DNA from: Candidatus Moraniibacteriota bacterium
Lineage (GTDB): Bacteria; Patescibacteriota; Minisyncoccia; Moranbacterales; UBA1568
DNA length: 64,000 nt
Reading direction: 5' to 3'
Assembly: GCA_963743885.1 (NCBI GenBank)
Contig: CAVURJ010000002.1
Span: 433,706-497,705, forward strand
Part shown: piece by piece, positions 28,452-38,072 of the stretch
How the letters are laid out: each line of letters starts with the position of its first letter
How positions within the stretch are numbered: position 1 is the first letter of the stretch
Translations under genes and position numbers: made by a program
Notes under the pieces: generated by a model
Database searches by the model: none
What the model was told of the DNA's origin: nothing
What the model saw: the letters and a program-made list of their open reading frames with translations, nothing else

Positions 28452-29294
28452 TCATCCATCGCTGACGGTCAGATCCTGATACGAATCTTCGCGCATGATG
28501 CGTATCCCATTGCGACCACTTCCTTTGGTGGCGTAGAGAGCTGCATCAGCCCGTCTGGTGATGGCCGACAACACCTCGCCCCACTTCCTCTCTTCGAGCG
28601 GGATGATTCCAGATGCGATTCCGATGCTGAGTGTGACGCCGGCGCCGTGCGTCAACTGCTTGATCTCTTCGGAATTCGCGATCGCGTCCAACAGGCAGCG
28701 CTTTCCGTTAGTACAGTCCTCAAGCTTCTTCTTGAGCTCGCTGGCCTGCATCTGCGGCACCATGACCAAAAACTCATCTCCGCCTTGGCGCATGACGATA
28801 TCTATGCCGCGTGGGAAGACAGTCCGCAACACCTCGCCGACTGCTTGGATCACTTTATCGCCAGCCTGATGGCCATGCGAGTCATTGATCTTCTTGAGAT
28901 GATCGACGTCGATGAAGGCAACCGCCACTTTTATTCCTGGGCTCTCTAGCCGCTCCTTCTCGTTGAACTGGCGGAAGATAGCGCTGAGCTCTCGCTTAAG
29001 CGCGTCTTCTCCACCGCGCCGATTGAGGAGTCTGGTAAGCGGGTCGATAACCGCTTGCTCGTTCAGCTGGTAGATTTCTTTCCAGAGCAGAAAGAGCATC
29101 GCTGATGGCAGCAAGAGCTCGATTGTCAGGATAATCACTTCCCATATACCATCAACATCGAACAGTCTTGTTATATGATCAGCGATGATCGGCAGTATGA
29201 CGCAGGCTGCCAATATCTGCATCTTAGCCCGAAGGCTCAGCCGGCTGTTAATCGATTCGATGACATTGAGCACCCTTCTAAGAAGCAGTCTCAC
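28452..29294 (-). CDS. Diguanylate cyclase (GGDEF domain) with N-terminal TM segment, 280 aa
   Basis: N-terminal hydrophobic helices, then VMRQGGDEFLVMV (GGDEF) and the upstream RxxD-type region. Confidence 0.85.
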   Translation of the reverse strand: MRLLLRRVLNVIESINSRLSLRAKMQILAACVILPIIADHITRLFDVDGIWEVIILTIELLLPSAMLFLLWKEIYQLNEQAVIDPLTRLLNRRGGEDALKRELSAIFRQFNEKERLESPGIKVAVAFIDVDHLKKINDSHGHQAGDKVIQAVGEVLRTVFPRGIDIVMRQGGDEFLVMVPQMQASELKKKLEDCTNGKRCLLDAIANSEEIKQLTHGAGVTLSIGIASGIIPLEERKWGEVLSAITRRADAALYATKGSGRNGIRIMREDSYQDLTVSDG

Positions 29295-29544
29295 GGATGA
29301 TTCCTCCTACCATGACGTGTTTCATGAGTCCCTCGTTCAGCTTGCGCAACTCGAGGATTTCAGCTTCCAATTTCTTATTGCGACGCATGAGGGCGCGGAG
29401 CGCTTCCTCAAGTACGGCAATCGTCCCCTCAGCATAGAGGTACCGCTTGAGCGTTTCCTTATAGAGGACACGGAAAAGCTGTTTCATCCGCGCTTGGAAA
29501 AGCGCGATTCCAATGATAGTCAAAACAGGATTCTGGAACGGCAT
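29278..29544 (-). CDS. Small coiled-coil protein, 88 aa
   Basis: Overlaps the GGDEF start by 17 nt; heptad-rich. Confidence 0.3.
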   Translation of the reverse strand: MPFQNPVLTIIGIALFQARMKQLFRVLYKETLKRYLYAEGTIAVLEEALRALMRRNKKLEAEILELRKLNEGLMKHVMVGGIIRETAS

Positions 29545-29733
29545 TTCAGGCTCTCCTTCTAGAAAAAGTCGTTGGATAAATTGTTCAGGTACTATCCATA
29601 TATGATACCACTAAAATAAGATCGTGTCAAGGGTGCGGGATGCGGAGCGAATTGCTACAATAAAGATACGTTTTACTAATATGCTATCCCATTTTCACTT
29701 ACTACTTATTACTAGACACTAATCGCTGCCCAT

Positions 29734-30891
29734 ATGCGCATCTCCTACTCGAGCTACGACACATACCGCACGTGTCCGCTCAAATACAAATACCGCGAGA
29801 TCGACCGGATCCCTGAACCGAAATCCAAAGAAGCTGTCTTCGGTACGCTCATCCACGCCGTGCTCAAGTACGTCCACACGCCTTCCCTCCTTCCTCCGAC
29901 GCTCGACCAAGCGCTCGACTATTTCTCCAAAGGCTGGAACAGCGCTGTCTACGAGGAGGAGATGGAGGAACGCGCCGCTTTCACCCAGGGCGTCGAGATC
30001 ATCAGCCGCTACTACGACAAGAATCGCATCGCGGACTACACCATCGTCGACCTGGAAAGCCGCTTCTCGATAGAGATCGGGAACGACGAGACGGGTCGTC
30101 ATACAGTCTCCGGTATCATCGACCGCATCGACAAGACCGCGGATGGCTACGAGATCATCGACTACAAGACCACGCGCAAGATGCCATCGCAGGACAAAGT
30201 AGACCACGACGTCCAGCTCTCCGTCTATCTCAAAGCGTTCCTCGACCGCTATCCCAAAGAAGCTGCCAATCTCGAAAAGATCACCGTCAGCCTCTACTTC
30301 CTGAAACACGGCGTGAAACTCTCCTCGACCCGCACGAAAGAGCAGCTCGACACGATCGAGAATGATTTCCTCGGCGCCATCCGCTCCATCGAAGAAGCGA
30401 AGTTCGACCCGATCCTCTCGCCTCTCTGCGACTGGTGCGGCTACCAGAAGATCTGCCCGCTGTGGAAGCACAAGTTCGCCGAGACAAGGAAGCTCGAGAC
30501 AGAAGACGTCAAGCAGTCTATCGCCGAATACCTCGAGCTCAAGGGCCGAATGAGCGAAGAGAAGCTCCGCCTTGGCAAGCTCCAGGCAATGATCCTCGAC
30601 TACATGGAACAGGAAGGTGTCGATCGCGTCTTCGACAACCAGGGCATCGTCGGCAAATCGAAGCGCACCACATACAAGTATGACGAGGAGAAGCTCCGCG
30701 CCATCCTCGAACCACTCGACAAATGGGAGAGTGTGCTGAAGGTCGATGGCATTGCGCTTCGGAACATCCTTGCCATCCTCCCCTCACCTACTCGGAAAGC
30801 CGCCGAGGAAGCCAAGGAGGTCGACAAGGAAAGCGTCTCCCTCTCGGTCAAGAAACGAACGATCGAGGTAGACGACGAGCTCGCCGCCTAA
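29734..30891 (+). CDS. PD-(D/E)XK nuclease, Cas4/AddB-type with C-terminal Cys cluster, 385 aa
   Basis: N-terminal YRTCPLKYKY, core GIIDRIDKTADGYEIIDYKTT (D...E/DxK), and C-terminal CDWCGYQKICPLW (C-x2-C-x5-C), a four-Cys FeS-like cluster as in Cas4/AddB nucleases. Confidence 0.7.
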   Translation: MRISYSSYDTYRTCPLKYKYREIDRIPEPKSKEAVFGTLIHAVLKYVHTPSLLPPTLDQALDYFSKGWNSAVYEEEMEERAAFTQGVEIISRYYDKNRIADYTIVDLESRFSIEIGNDETGRHTVSGIIDRIDKTADGYEIIDYKTTRKMPSQDKVDHDVQLSVYLKAFLDRYPKEAANLEKITVSLYFLKHGVKLSSTRTKEQLDTIENDFLGAIRSIEEAKFDPILSPLCDWCGYQKICPLWKHKFAETRKLETEDVKQSIAEYLELKGRMSEEKLRLGKLQAMILDYMEQEGVDRVFDNQGIVGKSKRTTYKYDEEKLRAILEPLDKWESVLKVDGIALRNILAILPSPTRKAAEEAKEVDKESVSLSVKKRTIEVDDELAA

Positions 30892-30905
30892 AAAAAGAAC
30901 TATAG

Positions 30906-30933
30906 AAAAAACCGGCTAGAGGCCGGTTTTTTC
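30906..30933. terminator. Bidirectional terminator CCGGC-TAGAG-GCCGG + T6 between the nuclease and hemerythrin genes
   Basis: Hairpin with flanking A-run and T-run. Confidence 0.6.
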
Positions 30934-30948
30934 TATTTCAAAATCTCG

Positions 30949-31359
30949 TCACGCAACACCGCCTTTATGGAACAAATCGACGTATTTCTGATCTACGCCA
31001 GTGATATGACCTATCCACCAATCTTCGAGAAAATCCAGTATCTCATATGGAAGCAGTTTTTCCCCATCCTTATATTCCAAGACGAATCCCATGATCTTTT
31101 CCCGGTATAGCTCGTGCGTCTTGATGTGTGATTCCTTCTCCGGATACTCCAACTTTTCAAAATATGCTTCCTCTGTAGAAAAATGGTAATCAGCATAGTC
31201 AACCAGCTCTCCAAGCACCCTCTTCAAGACTTCTTTGTCAGAATTCTCCATCGCATGGAATAAATCATTGATGATAGAGAACATCTTCTTATGCTGACTA
31301 TCTATTTCCTCGATGCCGAGATTATATTCCTCTTTCCACGCGATGAGACTCATACGCAT
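30949..31359 (-). CDS. Hemerythrin-like (bacteriohemerythrin) protein, 136 aa
   Basis: WKEEYNLGIEEIDSQHKKMF...HFSTEEAYF...HIKTHE...: the His/Glu ligand pattern of hemerythrin-like metal-binding domains. Confidence 0.8.
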   Translation of the reverse strand: MRMSLIAWKEEYNLGIEEIDSQHKKMFSIINDLFHAMENSDKEVLKRVLGELVDYADYHFSTEEAYFEKLEYPEKESHIKTHELYREKIMGFVLEYKDGEKLLPYEILDFLEDWWIGHITGVDQKYVDLFHKGGVA

Positions 31360-31474
31360 TGATGATAGATTACACTACTTCTAGTCTATAACCAAATATC
31401 TGATACTGCAATATGCTTTCATTACTCTGTCAATAGCGTACATGACCCATCTGATCCCGCATGATCCCATCCCC

Positions 31475-31521
31475 TTGACGGGGTTTTCTGTCCCTGCTAC
31501 TATACCTATACCATAGGTATA
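31475..31521 (+). promoter_or_regulatory. Promoter TTGACG-17-TACTAT overlapping the palindromic operator TATACCTAT-ACC-ATAGGTATA
   Basis: -35 at 31475-31480, -10 at 31498-31503, and a 9-bp-arm inverted repeat at 31501-31521 immediately upstream of the CsoR/RcnR-like gene. Confidence 0.5.
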
Positions 31522-31557
31522 CGTATTAAACATTGTAACAAGCTAACGGACACATGT

Positions 31558-31839
31558 ATGGGTACGACAGAACAGAAGAACAAGGTAGCAATCGCGCTCC
31601 GCAAGGCCAAGACGAGCCTGGAAAAGATCCTCGATCGGATCGAACAGGATGATGCCGAGTGCTTCCCGGCCATGCAGCAGACGCTCGCCGTCATCGGCCT
31701 CCTCAAGTCAGCCAACGCCCTCATGCTCGAGAGTCATATCGAACGCGAGATGGACCGCCTGCCTGGCGGCTCCAGCAAACGCGCAACCGAACTCCGTTCG
31801 GAGATCCTGCGTGTCGTGAAGACGCTCCAGAACAAATGA
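31558..31839 (+). CDS. CsoR/RcnR/FrmR-family (DUF156) metal-sensing transcriptional repressor, 93 aa
   Basis: LRKAKTSLEKILDRIEQDDAECFPAMQQTLAVIGLLKSANALMLESHIE matches the three-helix CsoR/RcnR signature. Stop overlaps the next start (ATGA). Confidence 0.55.
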   Translation: MGTTEQKNKVAIALRKAKTSLEKILDRIEQDDAECFPAMQQTLAVIGLLKSANALMLESHIEREMDRLPGGSSKRATELRSEILRVVKTLQNK

Positions 31840-32987
31840 TCCCTAGTATTAATCGTATCCCCTCTATGAAAAAGGGTATTTTCGCTGTTGTCGGCATCAT
31901 AGCCATCGCTGCCGCCTGGTACGTTTTCGCAGACAAGCATGCGAGCCAGGAGAACGATCCAGAAAAAAAGATCGTGAAGACAGCTCTCATCTCCCCCATC
32001 CCCTTCCAGGAGACCGCTATGTTCTCCGGATTCGTCCGCGGGGAGCGCCAAGCCGACATTGCTGCGAAGACCGGCGGCTACCTCGTCCGCCTCACCAAGG
32101 ATGAAGGAGACCGCGTCAATCGCGGTGAGACGCTCGCCATTATCGATGGCAGTGAGCTTTCAGCTGCGAGACAGAGCGCGCTCCTCTCGCTCCAGTCCAC
32201 TGACAAGGCCATCCGCGCCGCCGAAGAATATTATGATCAGAAAGTAGACGAAGCCAAGACCGCCTATGACAACGCGTCGGGCTCGAACGAACGCGACAGC
32301 GCCGAAGAAGCACTGAAGAGCGCCAAGCGTCTACGCGATGCCGAGCTCGCCTCGCTCAAATCACAAAAAGCCGGAGTAGAGGGCTCAGTCCTCGTAAGCG
32401 AGGCGAGTGCCGGAAACCTCGTCATACGCGCGCCCTGGAGCGGCATCGTGACCATGAAGCATGCCTCGCTCGGATCATTCGTCCAGCCCGGCACTTCGAT
32501 CTATTCCATCGCGTCCCCGGAATCGATAGAGATCGCCGTAGCACTTCCAGAATCAATCGCCTCCCGCATTATACGAGGTGCTGTCGTCTCCGTCTCGGAT
32601 AGCCGCGGCGGCCGCGCCGAAGGAACGATAGCCGCTCTCGCGACAGCAGCCAGTGAATCTTCGCAGCGCGCGACAGCCCGCATCCGCTTCACGAACCTCC
32701 CGGAAGGCTTCCGTATCGGCCAGCATGTCCGCGTCTCCTTTCCCGTCGGATCACCAAGAGACGCCTTACTCGTACCAGAACAGGCTATCATCGCCCTGTA
32801 TGATAACTTCTTTATCTACACGGCTGAAGATGGCCGCGCCGTACGCCATACCGTCACGCTCGGCGCCCCAGCAGATGGAGGACGCCGCGAGATCCTCTCA
32901 GGCCTCCAGGGCGATGCCTCCATCATCATAGAAGGCGCTCATGCCGTCCGCGATCAGCAGCCTATCGAAGAATCCTATGCAGACTAA
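31836..32987 (+). CDS. Efflux RND periplasmic adaptor (membrane fusion protein, HlyD-like), ~383 aa
   Basis: N-terminal TM anchor, biotin-lipoyl-like hairpin (..GGYLVRLTKDEGDRVNRGETLAIIDGSEL..), and a coiled-coil then beta-barrel region. Start set at the ATG overlapping the regulator stop. Confidence 0.8.
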   Translation: MIPSINRIPSMKKGIFAVVGIIAIAAAWYVFADKHASQENDPEKKIVKTALISPIPFQETAMFSGFVRGERQADIAAKTGGYLVRLTKDEGDRVNRGETLAIIDGSELSAARQSALLSLQSTDKAIRAAEEYYDQKVDEAKTAYDNASGSNERDSAEEALKSAKRLRDAELASLKSQKAGVEGSVLVSEASAGNLVIRAPWSGIVTMKHASLGSFVQPGTSIYSIASPESIEIAVALPESIASRIIRGAVVSVSDSRGGRAEGTIAALATAASESSQRATARIRFTNLPEGFRIGQHVRVSFPVGSPRDALLVPEQAIIALYDNFFIYTAEDGRAVRHTVTLGAPADGGRREILSGLQGDASIIIEGAHAVRDQQPIEESYAD

Positions 32988-35900
32988 CCCGCTCGGACCA
33001 GCCGGCCGCATCGTCGGAGTCTTCCTCCGCAATCGCGAGCTTTCCGTCCTCACCATCATCGTACTCGCGGCCTGGGGCATCCTCTCATTCGTCCTCATGC
33101 CCAAGCAGTACAATCCCGAAATCGTCGCACCGGCCTTCCTTGTGACGACCGATTTTCCTGGCGCCTCCGCCTCAGAGGTTCATGAACTCATCACCCGTCC
33201 CATGGAGGACAAGCTCTCCGAGCTGCCGGATGTCGACGAGATATCATCGCAGAGTTTCCCTGGTGGCCGAAGCATGGTCACCGTCAAATTCTATGTCGGA
33301 TCAGATCGTGAAGCAGCCAAGGTCACGCTCAATCAGAAGCTTCGCGACAACATCGCAGAAAAGCCGAAGGCAGCGAACGAGCCGGTGATCCAGTCCATCG
33401 ATCCGGACGATGTGCCGATCCTCGACATCGGGCTTTCCTCCCCCGCCCTTTCTGAGAGCTCGCTCCGCAAGCTCGCCTTCGATGCGGCTGACGACCTCAA
33501 GCTCGCCACTGGCATCTCCAAAGTCGAGATCAAGGGTGGCCGCACCAATCATCTCGAGGTGACTCTCGACGGCTCGCTCCTCGCAGCCCGCGGTCTCTCA
33601 GTGGATGAAGCTATCGCTGCCATCTCTGGAGCAAACGACGTCTATACTTCCGACACGCTCCGTTCCGACAGCCGCCATACGACTGTCAACGTCATCGGCG
33701 CCATCACGGATGCCGATGCTCTCAGCGATATCGTCATCCGTCATGAAGGAAGCGATATCGTTCGTTTACGCGATATCGGAACAGTCTCCTATGGCCCTGG
33801 CGAGATCACCAACTACGTCCGCAAGACCAGCGCAGATGAAACATCGACCCCAGTCGTCCATATCGCCCTCTCCAAGCTGAAGGGCGCCAATTCGACCGAT
33901 GTCGCTTCTGGAGCGCTCGCGCGCCTCGAAGCGCTCAAAGGGAATCTCATCCCGTCTGATACAGAAGTCACTCTCTTAAACGATGAGGGCAAGACCGCGA
34001 GCGACGAAATTGGCAAGCTCACCTTCGACCTCGCGAAATCCATCGCGATCGTCGGCGTACTCCTGTATTTCTTCCTCGGATTCAAAAATTCCCTCATTGC
34101 CTCGATCTCGATCCCGCTCGTGCTCCTCGCCGTCTTCGGGACGGGCCTCCTCTTCGGCCAGACCGTGAACCGCATCACGCTCTTCGCGCTCATCCTCTCG
34201 CTTGGTCTCCTGGTCGATGACGCGATCGTGGTCGTCGAGAACATCGCCCGATACTTCCGCCTCTATCCGGACGAAAAGCGTCTCACGCTCGTTATCCGGG
34301 CCGTAGACGAAGTCGGCGGTGCACTCGCCCTCTCAACCTTCACCATGGCGCTCGCCTTTGTCCCGATGGCCTTCGTCGGCGGTATGATGGGTCCATATAT
34401 GGGGCCGATTCCGTTCTTCGTCCCAGTGGCGCTCTTCGCGTCACTCATCTTCGCTGTGACCATCAATCCTTTCCTCGCCTATATCTTCGCCAAGGGCAGT
34501 CTCGGAAAAAAAGATGAGCATGCATACGAATTAGGCTTCTTCTACCGTCTCATCAAGCGGATAGAAGCCCGCTATGCCACATTCCTCTCCTCGCTCATCG
34601 CGGGAGAGCAGAGGCGCCGCCGCTTCCTCATCGGTACCTTCGCTATACTTGTCCTCTCGCTCATCCTGGTCGTAACGCCACTCGTTCCCTTCCGCATGCT
34701 ACCAAAGGCTGACAAGGACCAGTTCTATGCCTATCTCGACCTGCCAGATGGTGCCTCCATCGAACGGACCGATGCCATCGCAAAAGCCCTCGAACACGAA
34801 ATGCTCGCTGAGGATGGCATCGAAAGCGTCGAAAGCTTCGTGGGAGAATCGCAGGTCATCGACTTCAACGGCCTCTTCAAAGGAAGCTCCAGTCGTGTCC
34901 TTGAAAGCCAAGCGACTATCAAAGCACACCTCATACGTCATACGGAACGCGACCTGACCTCCGAGGAGATTGCTACATCACTTCGGCATCATCTCGACGC
35001 CTTTATTGCTGAGCATCCGGATGCGACGATCCGCCTCGTCGAAGACCCGCCCGGACCACCTGTCCTCGCGACTTTTCTCCTCAAGGTAAAAAGCAGCGAC
35101 GACACTCTGCGTGAACAGATTGTCCGCGACCTCGAGCCTTTGGTCCGCGCGACCCGCGGCATCGTCGACATCGATACCTCGCTCCCCGAGCGCGGCATGC
35201 AGCTCGGCTATCGAATCGACCAGGAAAAAGCCGGACTCCTCGGCATCGCGCCGCGAGAGATCGTCTCAGCACTCCATACCGCCCTCTCGGGATCATCGGT
35301 CGGTCTCTACCATGCCTCCCTACGTCCAGATCTCCGCAAGCCGGAGCAAGAGCATATCATTGTCCGCTTCTCCAAAGAAAGCCGCGACGATGAACGCGAC
35401 CTCTCACTCATCACGCTCGCTGGAACACAGGGCATCCGTATCCCGCTCACCGAGGTCCTCATCCCAACAGACGAGACCATTGATACGCCCATCGCTTCCG
35501 ATGAACGGCAGCGGACCAGTTACCTCTCTGGTGAGATGGAAGGACGGAGTGTCATCTACGCCGTCATTGACCTCTTTCCCGCGCTTCTCGACTACCGCCT
35601 CCCGGACGGGACCGGCGAGCGCACCTCCTGGTCACTCCTTGGTACCTCCTACGAGGATCCTGTGACACACGCTACCGCCTCCATCGAGATCGGCGGCGAG
35701 TGGGATCTGACGCTCGAAGTCTTCCGCGACCTCGGGATCGCCATGGGCCTCGCGATCTTCCTCATCTACTTCGTCCTCTCCGCCAAGACGGAATCGCTCT
35801 TCATTCCACTCCTCATCATGGTCAGCATCCCGCTCTCCTTGATCGGTGTCCTTCCAGGCTTCGCCATCCTCCAGGCGGTCAAAGGCACGTACTTCAACGC

Positions 35901-36237
35901 GACCTCCATGATCGGCGTCATCGCTCTGGCCGGTCTCGCGGTCAAGAACGCTGTCATCTACCTCGAATACCTTGAGCCGCTCAAGAAAGCCGGCAAACCG
36001 ATCGAAGAAGCGCTCGTCGAAGCGGGCCGCATCCGTCTCCTCCCTATCGTCCTCACATCCCTCGCTGCCATCCTCGGCTCGCTCACCATCGTTAGCGACC
36101 CGGTCTGGGAAGGCCTGGGTTGGTCGATCATCTTCGGCCTCACTGCCTCGACCGTGCTGACTCTCGTCGTCTTCCCGCTCGTCTACTACGTCTTCGAAAA
36201 GGATTCATGGTACCATACAGAAAGAGAACATCACTAA
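32977..36237 (+). CDS. Efflux RND permease (AcrB/CzcA superfamily), ~1086 aa
   Basis: Twelve-TM RND architecture with two large periplasmic loops and the TM4 motif GLLVDDAIVVVENI. Start overlaps the membrane-fusion-protein stop. Confidence 0.9.
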   Translation: MQTNPLGPAGRIVGVFLRNRELSVLTIIVLAAWGILSFVLMPKQYNPEIVAPAFLVTTDFPGASASEVHELITRPMEDKLSELPDVDEISSQSFPGGRSMVTVKFYVGSDREAAKVTLNQKLRDNIAEKPKAANEPVIQSIDPDDVPILDIGLSSPALSESSLRKLAFDAADDLKLATGISKVEIKGGRTNHLEVTLDGSLLAARGLSVDEAIAAISGANDVYTSDTLRSDSRHTTVNVIGAITDADALSDIVIRHEGSDIVRLRDIGTVSYGPGEITNYVRKTSADETSTPVVHIALSKLKGANSTDVASGALARLEALKGNLIPSDTEVTLLNDEGKTASDEIGKLTFDLAKSIAIVGVLLYFFLGFKNSLIASISIPLVLLAVFGTGLLFGQTVNRITLFALILSLGLLVDDAIVVVENIARYFRLYPDEKRLTLVIRAVDEVGGALALSTFTMALAFVPMAFVGGMMGPYMGPIPFFVPVALFASLIFAVTINPFLAYIFAKGSLGKKDEHAYELGFFYRLIKRIEARYATFLSSLIAGEQRRRRFLIGTFAILVLSLILVVTPLVPFRMLPKADKDQFYAYLDLPDGASIERTDAIAKALEHEMLAEDGIESVESFVGESQVIDFNGLFKGSSSRVLESQATIKAHLIRHTERDLTSEEIATSLRHHLDAFIAEHPDATIRLVEDPPGPPVLATFLLKVKSSDDTLREQIVRDLEPLVRATRGIVDIDTSLPERGMQLGYRIDQEKAGLLGIAPREIVSALHTALSGSSVGLYHASLRPDLRKPEQEHIIVRFSKESRDDERDLSLITLAGTQGIRIPLTEVLIPTDETIDTPIASDERQRTSYLSGEMEGRSVIYAVIDLFPALLDYRLPDGTGERTSWSLLGTSYEDPVTHATASIEIGGEWDLTLEVFRDLGIAMGLAIFLIYFVLSAKTESLFIPLLIMVSIPLSLIGVLPGFAILQAVKGTYFNATSMIGVIALAGLAVKNAVIYLEYLEPLKKAGKPIEEALVEAGRIRLLPIVLTSLAAILGSLTIVSDPVWEGLGWSIIFGLTASTVLTLVVFPLVYYVFEKDSWYHTEREHH

Positions 36238-36266
36238 ACTTTAAGAGAATTACTAACAAAAACCCT

Positions 36267-36479
36267 ATGCTCTATCGCATGGATACCTCGAGCTGGTCAG
36301 TCGAACGCGCCATGTTCGCCTTCGGCGGATCACTCGCTCTCACCTTCGCGCTCCTCGCTCTCTTCGTCCATCCTAGCTTCGCCTGGGGATCAGCATTCGT
36401 CGGCGCGATGTGCGTCAATTTTGCCATCACAGGCTGGTGTCCTGGTGCTATCATCGCCGCCAAACTCATGGGCAAATGA
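36267..36479 (+). CDS. DUF2892 (YgaP-like) small membrane protein, ~70 aa
   Basis: ERAMFAFGGSLALTFALLALF...MCVNFAITGWCPGAIIAAKLMG: the DUF2892 R..R/GxCP motif. Start trimmed to the internal ATG. Confidence 0.5.
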   Translation: MLYRMDTSSWSVERAMFAFGGSLALTFALLALFVHPSFAWGSAFVGAMCVNFAITGWCPGAIIAAKLMGK

Positions 36480-36499
36480 CAAAAAAGCTCCCGATACGG

Positions 36500-36860
36500 T
36501 GGCTTTTTCTTTCTCTGAGCAGATGTTTGGCAGCTCCCCAGACCAGTGCTACACTGTAGTTGAAAGCCTTCAGAATGGAGAGTGAAGGGCCTCCCTCGAG
36601 AATCTCTTCCGTTGCGAAGACTCAGTATTGCGAGCGAAAAACATAAAGGATGAGGATGGCTATATGAAAATATAACCAGACGAATCGTGAATGTTTTGCA
36701 GCCGCAATACTGAGTCTGCAGCAGGATATGGATTCTAGAGGGAGGCCCCGAATTGAGACCCACCTGGATTATCAGGGAAAAATGTAATTTTTTCCGTTAC
36801 TCATTTTCATGGGACTCAGCCGCCCTCCTGCATTGAAGGCTTTTACCTTAGCTGACACAA
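36500..36860. repeat. Nested imperfect inverted-repeat element (inner arms ~36588-36638 / 36698-36750; outer arms ~36553-36575 / 36828-36850)
   Basis: GGGCCTCCCTCGAGAATC...CGTTGCGAAGACTCAGTATTGCG pairs with CGCAATACTGAGTCTGCAGC...GATTCTAGAGGGAGGCCCC; the outer GAAAGCCTTC pairs with GAAGGCTTT. Confidence 0.6.
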
Positions 36861-36865
36861 AGATT

Positions 36866-37144
36866 ATGGAACAGAAACAATTCGAACTTGATTTGAACCC
36901 AAGGCAAAATATTCAGGAAACACCAAAAGAGGCATTAGCAGAAGGTCAGCCAGCGCTCGAGAATCGCGGATATAACGAACTTGAGATACTCTATCGAAAG
37001 AAAATCGGTGTCAGTCATCGCGGCCTCAACCGCGGCGAACTCATCAGCAGTATCCAGGATCCAGAGACGGAGAAAGCTCGGCTCAAGGAAATCGACGACG
37101 AAGATGATCACGCTGAGCGTTCTTCCAGTCGCGCCGGCAGATAG
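36866..37144 (+). CDS. Hypothetical small protein with Rho_N/SAP-like helix, ~92 aa
   Basis: ..YNELEILYRKKIGVSHRGLNRGELISSIQD.. Start taken at the internal Met. Confidence 0.3.
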   Translation: MEQKQFELDLNPRQNIQETPKEALAEGQPALENRGYNELEILYRKKIGVSHRGLNRGELISSIQDPETEKARLKEIDDEDDHAERSSSRAGR

Positions 37145-37160
37145 TCCAACCGAATACAAC

Positions 37161-37186
37161 AAAACCGGCTCATGGCCGGTTTTTTA
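37161..37186. terminator. Bidirectional terminator CCGGC-TCATG-GCCGG + T6
   Basis: Hairpin flanked by A-run and T-run between convergent genes. Confidence 0.6.
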
Positions 37187-37250
37187 ATGCTTAAAAGAAA
37201 AGGCCTGTCGACAACGCGTGTCAACAAGCCTTCGTTTCGGACGGAAAACC

Positions 37251-37664
37251 CTAGGAGCCCATCACCGGTACCGGACGCTGAAGCGGCCGATCTTCGCTCA
37301 AGCGAATCATTCCCTTCGCTACCCGATACAGTTCCCAGCACCAGACAACGAAGAGGATGACGAACCCGATGAGGACGACTGATGTGATGAATCCAACCAC
37401 ATACCACAGCAGCGACCACCAGAAGGTCCGAATCTGCCAGCTGAAATGGCTGGCCAGGACAGGATCATCTTGGACATCATCCCTCTTTACGTAATTGAAG
37501 ATGACCCCAAGGATGGCGGTCAGCCCCACAAAAAGACTGGCTGCTTGCAGGAAGTAAACCACCCACGTCCACTGCTTATTCGTGAACATTTTCAATCTCC
37601 CATTCATGGTTGAAAAGAGCTTCTTCAGCATCAATGCTGAAGAAATATTATAGCGCACTTTCAT
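37251..37664 (-). CDS. Membrane protein (multi-TM, DUF4870-like), 137 aa
   Basis: Three to four hydrophobic helices with W/F-rich loops. Confidence 0.4.
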   Translation of the reverse strand: MKVRYNISSALMLKKLFSTMNGRLKMFTNKQWTWVVYFLQAASLFVGLTAILGVIFNYVKRDDVQDDPVLASHFSWQIRTFWWSLLWYVVGFITSVVLIGFVILFVVWCWELYRVAKGMIRLSEDRPLQRPVPVMGS

Positions 37665-37784
37665 TATTTTGTCAACAATAATAAAGAAATAGTTTTTCCA
37701 TTCCTCTTGATAAGAATCCTGATTTTTGATACACTGTTTCCACGAGTCGCTTGATGGCTTTTTTTATTGGTCTAAAGCGGATTT

Positions 37785-37856
37785 TGGGGAGTAGCCAAGC
37801 GGTAAGGCAGTGGGTTCTGGTCCCACCATGCGAAGGTTCGATCCCTTCCTCCCCAG
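37785..37856 (+). tRNA. tRNA-Gln (anticodon CTG)
   Basis: Cloverleaf: acceptor TGGGGAG/CTCCCCA (U1-A72), anticodon stem GTGGG/CCCAC with loop TTCTGGT, T-arm GAAGG-TTCGATC-CCTTC, discriminator G; no encoded CCA. A terminator hairpin follows at 37873-37898. Confidence 0.8.
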
Positions 37857-38072
37857 CATATATAAAGCAACAAAACCGTCTGAAAAGGCGGTTTTTTCAT
37901 TCCTCAAATCCCCCCTTTCTATCATTGACAAAATAGCTTTTTTGCGCTATACTATACAGTTCGTACTTGATTCCGGCTACGCCGAGCAAATACGGATATA
38001 GTAGTTTCACAATTCCGCAACACCACCCTAAAGAAGGGGCTTTTCCTCCTTCTCTTCACGAAAGGAATCACC

